This document shows positions 20,820 through 28,703 of a DNA stretch of 64,000 nt, one piece after another (positions within the stretch are counted from its first letter, which is position 1; every line of letters begins with the position of its first letter). The position numbers and the translations under genes are program-made. Source of the DNA: Escherichia coli. Lineage in GTDB: Bacteria > Pseudomonadota > Gammaproteobacteria > Enterobacterales > Enterobacteriaceae. The notes beneath the pieces were generated by a model. The model saw only the letters and a list, made by a program, of their open reading frames with translations, had not been told where the DNA came from and ran no database searches. The DNA lies in assembly GCF_003790525.1 (NCBI RefSeq), contig NZ_CP033635.1. One strand, given 5' to 3'.

Positions 20820-22091
20820 CTATTCTTTCCAGTCAATCCCATCCAGTAAGCACCCTGCCTCATATTGCCCAACAACCCAGTCAAGATTGCAGGACTCATA
20901 GAAAGCGAGGCGATTATACTGTGGCTCGTTTTTTACCAGACCACGAACGGAGCCGCGTTGCCAGTACAGGCACAGATTGGCAAGAGGTGTGATCAGCACA
21001 GCATTGTCCGGGAAAAATGGAACGGTCACAGCCGGAAGATTCCCCAGCACGGGCTTTTTAATGATTTCCTCGTTAAGCAAAATTTCCTGATTCATCTGCG
21101 ATGGATCAAGACGGTTTATCAAAGGCCATTGTTTACGGACCAGAGTATTGTGACTGCATACGGCCACAATGCCTTCCTGCCACTGTTCATCAATCATGGA
21201 TTGCCAGGCATCCAGAACAAGTGCATCTATTGTATGGTGTGTACCGCGTGTATTGCTTGTCGGCGATGAAACAGAAAGACCGCTGATAACCCTTCCCGCT
21301 GCTTCGTTTCGAAACTTCTGCAACCATCCGACGCCGCAATCGTCACGGCCCGGATATGTTTCAGGATCAGATTGATCGGCATAGTGTGTGCCGTTAAAAC
21401 CAATCTGAATTAAATCCAGCCATTTCCGGCGTTCAAAAGCGGCACGGGCGCTTCCTTCAAGACCATTTGCGGACGCGTGAGCATCGACATTGTCGTAGCT
21501 CAACGCAAAATCAAAATTAACCTGCTCGCAGCGGTAGCCTCTTGAAACCAGTGAATGCGCCTGTAGTGGCGAACGGCGCTCGTGAGGTGGCGATGTACGT
21601 GCCAACGGCCGGGAAGCGTCTACCAGCACAACCTGACCTGATATATCCGTAACAGGCACGGGGGTTATTTCAGCAAGGAAATTTGCCTGCCATCCACTGG
21701 CAAGCGTTGCACTCTGGCGGGGAACGGGTTCAACTTCTGACGAATAGCGCGCAGTATCACCGGAAAAGTGCAAATCCTTCGGATGCTTTCCGGTTATCGA
21801 CTCGATAGCGCAATTGAAAACCATCTGAGACTGTTGATTTCGTTGTGATACAACATAATCAGCAGTGCAATTATAACACTCAATGCCGTCGTTATTACCC
21901 CCACCGCTTGCAGTATGCAGGGTGTGAAGCTCAAGCTCACGCTCCAGTTTTTGATATTCATTGTCCAGCGCGCGACGCGTCTCATCGCTTATGCTTGCTG
22001 TGTTTGCTTTCAGGCGATTCCGGGACATTAACTCCCTGAGTCGGCTCACTATATCAGCGCCGTGCAAATGTGAAATATTCAGACCGCCCAT
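20820..22091 (-). CDS. P2 GpN-family major capsid protein homolog with a ~95-aa N-terminal extension (possible fused scaffold domain)
   Basis: The protein is collinear with recalled P2 GpN. CEQVNFDF aligns with CDQINFDF, GWLQKFRNEA with GWLQKYRNEA, GNLPAVTVPFFPDNAVLITPLANL with GNLPAVRVPYFPADAMLITKLENL, and YESCNLDWVVGQYEAGCL with YESMNIDYVVEDYAAGCL. The start was chosen at the TAATG overlap with the upstream gene (MGGLNISH) rather than the ORF-track start at 22232. Confidence 0.8.
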   Translation of the reverse strand: MGGLNISHLHGADIVSRLRELMSRNRLKANTASISDETRRALDNEYQKLERELELHTLHTASGGGNNDGIECYNCTADYVVSQRNQQSQMVFNCAIESITGKHPKDLHFSGDTARYSSEVEPVPRQSATLASGWQANFLAEITPVPVTDISGQVVLVDASRPLARTSPPHERRSPLQAHSLVSRGYRCEQVNFDFALSYDNVDAHASANGLEGSARAAFERRKWLDLIQIGFNGTHYADQSDPETYPGRDDCGVGWLQKFRNEAAGRVISGLSVSSPTSNTRGTHHTIDALVLDAWQSMIDEQWQEGIVAVCSHNTLVRKQWPLINRLDPSQMNQEILLNEEIIKKPVLGNLPAVTVPFFPDNAVLITPLANLCLYWQRGSVRGLVKNEPQYNRLAFYESCNLDWVVGQYEAGCLLDGIDWKE

Positions 22092-22801
22092 TACTGCCAC
22101 CCCCGGCAGAGTTCTCTGCCCTCCGCAAGGTCGCGCATTTTTTCTGGATTCTGTCGCGCCGCGCTCCATTGTACAGGTGAAGGGGCGTTCCTGATTGCGT
22201 GGCTTACCGAATCCGGCAGTTTCTCCGGGCAATAACGAAGCGGATTGGAGGCATCGCTCTCAATATCGTTAATCCGGCCGCGAATCAGCCCGACACTTTC
22301 AACAATATCTGCCATTTTCAGTGTTTCACATATTTTCTTTTCTGCGTTATACAGCGGCTGGCCAAGCAGCTCACATAAACCACGAATCAATAGCAGAGCA
22401 GGGGTCAGCTCGTTAATCAGTCCGGGAAGTGCTTTTGCAAATATCTCTGCCCGCAACTTATTATCAATGCTTTGGTAAGCACAGCCAGCCTCTGCCGCGT
22501 TATAACGACACTCCAGTAACCTGATGCGCGCCTCATCATGCAATACCCGCAGACGCTCAAGATTTTCTCGCGCCACACCCGCCTGAATGCATAATTTTGC
22601 GGAGGCTTCCGTTTTTGCGCCCAGCGCAGACAGGATTGAGTTCTGCCAGTCACGTTCGAGAGACTCCAGCTCCCCTTTCGTCTGTTCGATAGTCGCTTCC
22701 AGATTGGTGATTAATGATTCCTGTTCGCTGAGTTTTGCCATGGCCGTATCAAACTGTGCTTTACATGCCTGATGCCTGGCGCTTGCCTGAGTTATATCCA
22801 T
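22091..22801 (-). CDS. coiled-coil protein, possibly Sid/Psu-like capsid size-determination or decoration factor
   Basis: The 236-aa ORF is predicted helical, with a heptad-rich N-terminus (AKLSEQESLITNLEATIEQTKGELESLERDW). Its size and position (after Ogr/Delta, before the capsid gene) resemble the P4 sid/psu module. An AGGAG RBS is present. Homology is not verified. Confidence 0.45.
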   Translation of the reverse strand: MDITQASARHQACKAQFDTAMAKLSEQESLITNLEATIEQTKGELESLERDWQNSILSALGAKTEASAKLCIQAGVARENLERLRVLHDEARIRLLECRYNAAEAGCAYQSIDNKLRAEIFAKALPGLINELTPALLLIRGLCELLGQPLYNAEKKICETLKMADIVESVGLIRGRINDIESDASNPLRYCPEKLPDSVSHAIRNAPSPVQWSAARQNPEKMRDLAEGRELCRGWQ

Positions 22802-22879
22802 TGTTTGCTCCTGTAATACATTTTTTACTTACGCCCATTTTTTCCATATTGCGTAATACATTCCAGCCGATTTTGTTCT

Positions 22880-22910
22880 CGTAATACGCTCACAATACTG
22901 TTGTATTACG
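22880..22910. promoter_or_regulatory. inverted repeat CGTAATAC-N15-GTATTACG in the divergent promoter region (candidate operator)
   Basis: The repeat is read directly. It lies between the divergent 236-aa gene and the RHH gene. The same 8-mer recurs 8 times between 22813 and 23889. Confidence 0.5.
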
Positions 22911-22965
22911 CTTTCTTATATCGCGGGTGTTAAATCCCGGTATAAGCAATCAGGGAGGCAACACG

Positions 22966-23199
22966 ATGAAAAAACAAAAGAAAATGCGATACGTATTACG
23001 CTGTATTCGTATCCCGCACGAAATCGACCATAAAATAAATCAGATATGTAAGGACAGAGAGATGAACTACTCCCAGTGCGTCAGAATGTTTATCTGTCAG
23101 GGAATTAAGGCCGGGGAAACGCAGGAAGAAGACCGCAACGGGCGCAATGTAGCGGGAGATGTGTGGGCCTGGGCAAATGACCAGAACTACACGACGTAA
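22966..23199 (+). CDS. small ribbon-helix-helix-like DNA-binding protein (hypothetical)
   Basis: The 77-aa ORF starts at the internal ATG preceded by a GGGAGG RBS. The pattern YVLRCIRIPHEIDHKINQICKDREMNYSQCVRMFICQGI fits a strand-helix-helix fold. The assignment is tentative. Confidence 0.45.
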   Translation: MKKQKKMRYVLRCIRIPHEIDHKINQICKDREMNYSQCVRMFICQGIKAGETQEEDRNGRNVAGDVWAWANDQNYTT

Positions 23200-23249
23200 T
23201 ACAGAAATAACGTAGCCGGTTACACTCGCTGGCTGCGTTATACAAATCA

Positions 23250-23432
23250 CTATGAAGTTTTCAACTTCCTGCGCTTAGTGATGCGTACAAACGACTCAAG
23301 CGTACAAAAACAAGCCCCACACTCAATATTACTGCACTGGTAATACGTTTTGTAGATGTTTTGTTCGTGCTCTTCCAACGAACGACTACGGGTTCGGGCT
23401 GAAGCGCCACAGGCCGGGCAAGGGAAAGACAT
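23250..23432 (-). CDS. Ogr/Delta-family zinc-finger late-gene transcriptional activator
   Basis: The 60-aa ORF has CPACG...CSNIECGACF, four Cys with the Ogr/Delta spacing. A GAGGAG RBS is present. Confidence 0.8.
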   Translation of the reverse strand: MSFPCPACGASARTRSRSLEEHEQNIYKTYYQCSNIECGACFCTLESFVRITKRRKLKTS

Positions 23433-23793
23433 ATCACGCTCCTCTTACTGGTGTGAAATTTGACCTATTATATCTCCTGCCGCCCCCTCTGGCTGTATCA
23501 AATAAACCCGCAGCAGTCGCCGCGTATTACGGACGGACGCACCGTTCCCATGCTCACTCGTCACATTCCCCGTATCAGTTCTCTCTTACCGTAAGAACGG
23601 CTCTGGCTGGCGATAAAACTAACCCGGTCGGGCATTCCCGCAGTCTTTAGAGAAAATGTAATTTACCCCCTGAAACGTGGGCTGTTCCCCCGTCACCTGC
23701 GCGCGAAAAACTCACCGTTTTTTGTGCACGCACGAAATCGCCCTCCGGGTGCGCCAGTACTGGGCCGGATGGGCAAAAAGTTACTCTAAAAAA

Positions 23794-23820
23794 TTGTGCA
23801 AATTTGTGCACTTTTGTGCA
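23794..23820. repeat. three helically phased direct repeats of TTGTGCA (exact 10-bp period)
   Basis: ttgtgca occurs at 23794, 23804 and 23814 in non-coding DNA between the iteron field and ogr. Confidence 0.85.
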
Positions 23821-24046
23821 GATGAACAATAGCGTGAAAAAGAGTGCTTTTGAGAGATTTTTTATGGCAACTGCGCCGCGTGTATTACGTTTTTTACCAT
23901 CCCCGCCGCGCATGTACATACTTCATTTTTCTGCCAGACAACAGGGCAACTCCCCGTGACTGACAGCCCCAAAAAATCAATGATTGATGTTGCATTTTTG
24001 TTAAAGGTTAGACCAGTTGTTTTAGGGCTCTGCCTCATAATCCGGT

Positions 24047-24360
24047 GGGGGGTGCGCAAAGCGGTTACAACGGTTACAACACTCAAAAACACCACTTAAC
24101 AGCATGATTTTAATGGATATTGTTTGTAACCGCTTTGCGGTTACACTGCGGTTACAACGGTTACAGGTTTCAAAAAGCACTTTATTATCAATCAATTAAA
24201 AACTTAACCTGTAACCGCCTGTAACCTAACAAAACGGTTACATGTAACCGCGTTGTAACCGCTTTTATAACTCATCGGACCAGTTATAATATATTGATAT
24301 ATAATACAAAAATAAGTAATTTTAAATTTGTAACCGTTGTAACCGCTTTGCGCACCCCCC
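24047..24360. repeat. iteron field (candidate replication origin): 13 copies of GGTTACA/TGTAACC enclosed by 33-bp perfect inverted repeats, with an AT-rich tract
   Basis: The left arm ggggggtgcgcaaagcggttacaacggttacaa (24047-24079) is the exact reverse complement of 24328-24360. The heptamer occurs in both orientations throughout. The AT-rich stretch lies at about 24280-24327. Confidence 0.7.
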
Positions 24361-24611
24361 CCCAAACTTTAGCGCGACCCTTTAAAATGTTAATTAAACT
24401 CACTTACTCTGTATCTCTCTCGTTAACTCTCTGTTATTGAAATGTATCTCTCCACTGTTTCACTCTTTCTGATAATCAGGGGAAGCAAAAAATTGATGGC
24501 GGCACTACTGCAATATGGCCACCATTGCATTGCTGTTACCGTTGGTTCTGGCCAACAAAAAAGGTCAGCGGGAAACTGACCTCTTTTGCTGTGAATGCGG
24601 CGTTCTGCGGG

Positions 24612-25616
24612 TTACTCTGCTGGCTCTTTTTCTTCGGTGATCACTATGTTGGCTACCGGGTTAAATCTCATGGCATCTGCCAGATAATCCGGTGCAAAAT
24701 GTGCGTATGCCATAGTCTGCTGAATTGTCGCATGCCCAAGGATTTTTTGTAGCGCAAGAATGTTGCCACCGTTCATCACAAAGTGACTGGCGAATGTATG
24801 CCGCAATACATGCGCAGCCTGCCCCCTCGGTAAATCGGGTTTTATTTTTTTTAATGCCCGGCAAAACTCTCTGTACTTCACATCAAACAGTCGCCCGGTT
24901 TCTTTTGTTTTTACGGCATCGCATATTTCCTGCGACACAGGCACCGTTCTTTTTCTACCGTTTTTGGTTTCCAGAAACGTTATTCTGTTATGAACTATTT
25001 GCTCTCCATGCAATCTGCTGGCCTCACTCCAGCGGGCTCCGGTACAAAGACACAAGAGCGCAACCCTTCGTTGATCTCCATTCAGCCCGTCAAGCAACAA
25101 TGTGACCTCGTTTTTTGATAAAAAGGCCATTTCCCGCTGCTTTACATAAAGAACAGGAATACCACGAACCGGATGCTCTGCATCCCACAAACCGATCTTT
25201 TTCAGGGCTGTAAACATCCCCGATAATCTGTTCATGTATCTGTTTGCTGAGGACGGCTTTAATCCTTCCGCAATTTTCTGCGATCGCCATGCAATGATTT
25301 TTAATTTGTTGAGTTCTGCCGCAAACATGTCAGCTCCAAGCTCATTAATAATTTTGCCAAGTTGCTGTTTATCCGTGTTTGCCTTTCGCCTGTGCTGACC
25401 GTGATAGACCCACCACAATTCCAGTAAATCGCTAAGCGTTCTCCGGTCGCGATAGCCCTGTATAAACTCGCGCTTTTCGGCGTTCGCTATGATGTACCGT
25501 TCAGTTGCTGTAGCTATCGATTTTTTGTCAAATATTCTTCTGATGCGCTTCCCTTTACGTCCGCATGGCCTGATATCGAGCAGCCACCGCCCATCATGCA
25601 TCTTTCTGATCGGCAT
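24612..25616 (-). CDS. P2-type tyrosine integrase (second recombinase of the island)
   Basis: Residues MPIRKMHDGRWLLDIRPCGRKGKRIRRIFDKKSIA ... LCLCTGARWSEASRL ... HVLRHTFASHF ... LGHATIQQTMAYAHFAP are collinear with recalled P2 Int. The ATG lies 2 nt after the primase stop, with a GGAGGGGAG RBS inside the primase 3' end. Confidence 0.85.
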   Translation of the reverse strand: MPIRKMHDGRWLLDIRPCGRKGKRIRRIFDKKSIATATERYIIANAEKREFIQGYRDRRTLSDLLELWWVYHGQHRRKANTDKQQLGKIINELGADMFAAELNKLKIIAWRSQKIAEGLKPSSANRYMNRLSGMFTALKKIGLWDAEHPVRGIPVLYVKQREMAFLSKNEVTLLLDGLNGDQRRVALLCLCTGARWSEASRLHGEQIVHNRITFLETKNGRKRTVPVSQEICDAVKTKETGRLFDVKYREFCRALKKIKPDLPRGQAAHVLRHTFASHFVMNGGNILALQKILGHATIQQTMAYAHFAPDYLADAMRFNPVANIVITEEKEPAE

Positions 25617-25618
25617 GT

Positions 25619-28288
25619 TTAACTCCCCTCCTTGTAACTGAATATCCGGCATTTCAGTACTTCCGGCTCTCTGGCCTCGGCGACCCCTCTTCCGGCGTTT
25701 GCCTGTCTGGAGACCTCACTACGAATGGTTTTGCGGCCTGTCAAAGGTCGGGAACGTCCGGCTGCGAGCAACTCAATCATTTCGCGGTCAGTTCGGATCT
25801 CCACGCGGTGAATAGCGGCAGCCTGTGCCAGTTGCGGAATACTGATAGCAATCCCCTCGCGGCATCCCTTGCCGTAGTGGTTTACACCGTATTTTGTTAT
25901 GCCGTCCAGATAGTCGAACGCCTCCCAGAACGCTATTACTTCCGGCAAGTCATCCGTTACCGCTTTAACTTGTTCCGCTGCCATTCGTTCCAGTTCCTGG
26001 CATGTGGCATTAAGCCATTCATCCGGGATATCAATAACGCATTTCAGCGCCCTGACCAGCGCAATAAGTTGCGCGTGATTTTTGGCAATACGGGGATGGA
26101 GAATATTTTCGCAACCGCAAAGGCGGGTCGTTTCAGGCTCTGAGAGCGCCAGAAACATTTCCATAATTGCCCGTTCACGGCTGACTGCCCGATGAATAAA
26201 CCCTGACACCTTCTCAACGGGGTAGAGTTCCAGTCGTCTCGCCGCCAGCCGGGTATCAGACGAGTGGCGCTTTTTATCGGTATATATGCGAATCAGTCGC
26301 TCAATAATTGCAAGTGAGGCGTTTACCCTGGCATTCTGTGCAATCACGATAGCGCCCTTAAAATCCGGGTCATAGGTGTTGTTATTGTTGGTCTTAACGC
26401 CACGAACGCCGATACCGCCGCCGTTATAGAGGCTTTTCAGGTTATCGAAGTCAAACGCACCTCTTTTTTGCGCATTGCCTCCCCTGTCTGCTTCAATCAG
26501 AACAACAGGTAATCCGGCGACCTGTCCAAAGGTGCGCTTCCAGCCCGCCTCTGATCCTTTGGTTGGATCAACGCCTTCATAGTTGTCACGACCGCACAAC
26601 CGCCAGCAAAAATCAATCAATGTTGATTTACCCGTTCCGGGCTCCCCGGTGACTTCAAGGAAGGGGAAGGATTCTTCTTTATCCCGGATTTGTTCGCTGA
26701 ACAGGGAGCCCAACCAGAAAGCCAGGGTAATAATTCCTTTTTCACCAAAAGCCAGCCAGAGATCTTCCACCCAGGACTCTGTAAACTCATCCGGTTTTTT
26801 GTAGTTAATCTGTAATGTGGGTTTTTCGCTTAATGGTTTTGCGTTTATGCCATCAATTTCAAAATAATCTTCGTCATTGATTTCATAAGTTTTTCCCTTG
26901 TAAACAGCAATATCATTAAACAGCCATGCCCCAATCGCCTTGTTGTATCCGATAAAATCCTGACCAATAACCTCTTTTATTGCGGGAAGGTCATTTTTTA
27001 TTAATGCGTCAAGGTGCGCAGTTGTTCCGGTATAAATGCCGCCTTTTGCCACATGCAACAGGCGTTTTTTAAATTCAGATGCGGATGTCAATTGTCCTGA
27101 TGTAAAGGTGTTTTTCACCGTAGCACCATCCGGGAACGTAACACGGAAGTAATACCATGCTTCATCCGTGTCATTATTTCTAATGTAATAAAGCGGCGCT
27201 GGGTTACAGTTTGCGATTTCTTTTACTGCGCCAGATTCCTTAAGTGCAATTTTGCGCGCTTCATCCTCATCAACACTTCTCTCATTCTTGGCACGCTCTA
27301 CAGCTTTCATATAGCGCTCAATGTCCAGTTTGAACCAGAAAACACGGTTATCAAAAGTAAAATGAAATTCCTTCCGCTCACGAAAGGAAAATATTATTAG
27401 CGCCTTATCTCTCGGAGATTTCGCCAGCAATAAATCACCGTAATGACGGTATCTTTTCACATCATGGCCACGCAGCTTTCCGGCGATGTGTAAATCATTC
27501 CAGTCGCGTTTATTGTTGTTTTTACCTGGCAACGCCGCTGCCGTTCTCCAGCCGTCTTCGGCGCTGCGTTCTGCATGTTTTTTCGCGTAACGCTCACCCG
27601 CACGCCCGTTATCCAGCGCCCACACAATAACCGGACGGGGATTATCCCCGCACAGCTTCGCCAGCTCTTCCAGCGCCTTATCAGGGTAGTTCACGGCAGA
27701 CATGACAGAAACGGCCGCAATGCCATTCTGGTTAAGGCTGATGGCATCAAAGATGCCCTCACAAATCCAGATTTCTTTGGCCTTGCTTAAATCTGCTCCC
27801 GGATAAGCCCACCACAACCCCTTGTAGCTGCCGGAAAAATTCGCCTTGCGCGCGAAGCGTCCCGGTCGGTCTATGATGCGCTCCCACCACACGCCGTCAG
27901 CCAGCGTAAAACGCACAGTAGCGGCCTGTTCGCCGTTTTCCTTGTCCTGGTATCGCTCCTGAGTAAATGCGCCCTTCAGTGGCCCCACAGCAATATTGCG
28001 CGCCTCCTGAAGATAAGCTGCCACCGCTGCATATGGCTCGTCTTTCGTGCTGATATAACGATCTGACCATGATGAAAACACATCCGGGTAAAGTTCTTTG
28101 GTCAGCAGGTCTGTACCGCATTTATTTTCGCGCCCACAGTGTACGATGTACGGCCTTTCAAGGCTGGTAAACAACTCTTTCTTTCCACATTGCGGACAAA
28201 CACCATACCGGAGGTAGTTATTTTCTTCTTTGAAGTTGTAATCACGGATAAGACGGTTAATAATCTCTTTTCTGATGTCAGATTTCAT
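25619..28288 (-). CDS. P4 alpha-like primase-helicase (Zn finger, Toprim and SF3-type P-loop NTPase)
   Basis: The features are CPQCGKKELF...HCGRENKCG (zinc finger), WICEGIFDAISL (Toprim) and VTGEPGTGKST (Walker A). The start was chosen at MKSDIRKE (28288), which has a GGTGGAG RBS. Confidence 0.85.
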   Translation of the reverse strand: MKSDIRKEIINRLIRDYNFKEENNYLRYGVCPQCGKKELFTSLERPYIVHCGRENKCGTDLLTKELYPDVFSSWSDRYISTKDEPYAAVAAYLQEARNIAVGPLKGAFTQERYQDKENGEQAATVRFTLADGVWWERIIDRPGRFARKANFSGSYKGLWWAYPGADLSKAKEIWICEGIFDAISLNQNGIAAVSVMSAVNYPDKALEELAKLCGDNPRPVIVWALDNGRAGERYAKKHAERSAEDGWRTAAALPGKNNNKRDWNDLHIAGKLRGHDVKRYRHYGDLLLAKSPRDKALIIFSFRERKEFHFTFDNRVFWFKLDIERYMKAVERAKNERSVDEDEARKIALKESGAVKEIANCNPAPLYYIRNNDTDEAWYYFRVTFPDGATVKNTFTSGQLTSASEFKKRLLHVAKGGIYTGTTAHLDALIKNDLPAIKEVIGQDFIGYNKAIGAWLFNDIAVYKGKTYEINDEDYFEIDGINAKPLSEKPTLQINYKKPDEFTESWVEDLWLAFGEKGIITLAFWLGSLFSEQIRDKEESFPFLEVTGEPGTGKSTLIDFCWRLCGRDNYEGVDPTKGSEAGWKRTFGQVAGLPVVLIEADRGGNAQKRGAFDFDNLKSLYNGGGIGVRGVKTNNNNTYDPDFKGAIVIAQNARVNASLAIIERLIRIYTDKKRHSSDTRLAARRLELYPVEKVSGFIHRAVSRERAIMEMFLALSEPETTRLCGCENILHPRIAKNHAQLIALVRALKCVIDIPDEWLNATCQELERMAAEQVKAVTDDLPEVIAFWEAFDYLDGITKYGVNHYGKGCREGIAISIPQLAQAAAIHRVEIRTDREMIELLAAGRSRPLTGRKTIRSEVSRQANAGRGVAEAREPEVLKCRIFSYKEGS

Positions 28289-28336
28289 ATATAAAACTCC
28301 ACCCCACTGCACCTTTTGCCGTGGGGTTTTTATTAA

Positions 28337-28636
28337 TTACTCGTTACTTATTGCTTTGGCAATCCCGGCGGTTTCAGCACTATGCCATGAAAAAATTCCG
28401 CCAGAAGTATGCATTCCTGACTTAATCACTCGTAATTCCCGATAAAGAATGTTAGTTAATGATTCCATTTCATTAATTTGCACTGGCATTCTCTCACTGG
28501 TATTAATTTCACCTGTCAATGCTGAAATGAGCGCAATAACATTTATTACATCTTCAAGATTCTCAATGGAATCTTCCGTGAAAAAACCAGCGTATTCTTT
28601 TTTGTATATATTGCGGATATTCTGATTTTCAGACAT
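28337..28636 (-). CDS. hypothetical protein (satellite early operon)
   Basis: The 99-aa ORF has a GGGGAG RBS, is co-oriented with the operon, and was not recognised. Confidence 0.5.
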   Translation of the reverse strand: MSENQNIRNIYKKEYAGFFTEDSIENLEDVINVIALISALTGEINTSERMPVQINEMESLTNILYRELRVIKSGMHTSGGIFSWHSAETAGIAKAISNE

Positions 28637-28703
28637 AAAAACTCCCCGACCCGTTAAGATCGAAATATAAATTTAATTCAGTTATCAGTTGGTAATTCGG
28701 TAA

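Noticed and set aside
22092-22232. The 47-codon N-terminal extension of the capsid-like ORF (ORF-track start at 22232)
   Set aside because: It overlaps the 3' end of the upstream gene in another frame. A canonical TAATG stop/start junction at 22091 gives a cleaner coupled start.
23453-24095. ORFs 23453..23650 (+), 23647..23919 (-) and 23862..24095 (-) in the satellite control region
   Set aside because: They have no convincing RBS and odd composition. They overlap repeat and iteron DNA, so the region is treated as non-coding regulatory, ori or cos DNA.
24301-24320. acaaaaataagtaatttt as a match to the P2 attP core (AAAAAATAAGCCCGTG...)
   Set aside because: Only ~9 bp match, inside an AT-rich tract. 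That is too short to be meaningful.
24047-24360. The GGTTACA repeat field as a CRISPR array or a MITE/IS
   Set aside because: The repeats are only 7-9 bp, irregularly spaced and in both orientations, so this is not a CRISPR array. No transposase or target-site duplication is seen, and the context next to a primase-helicase favours an origin.
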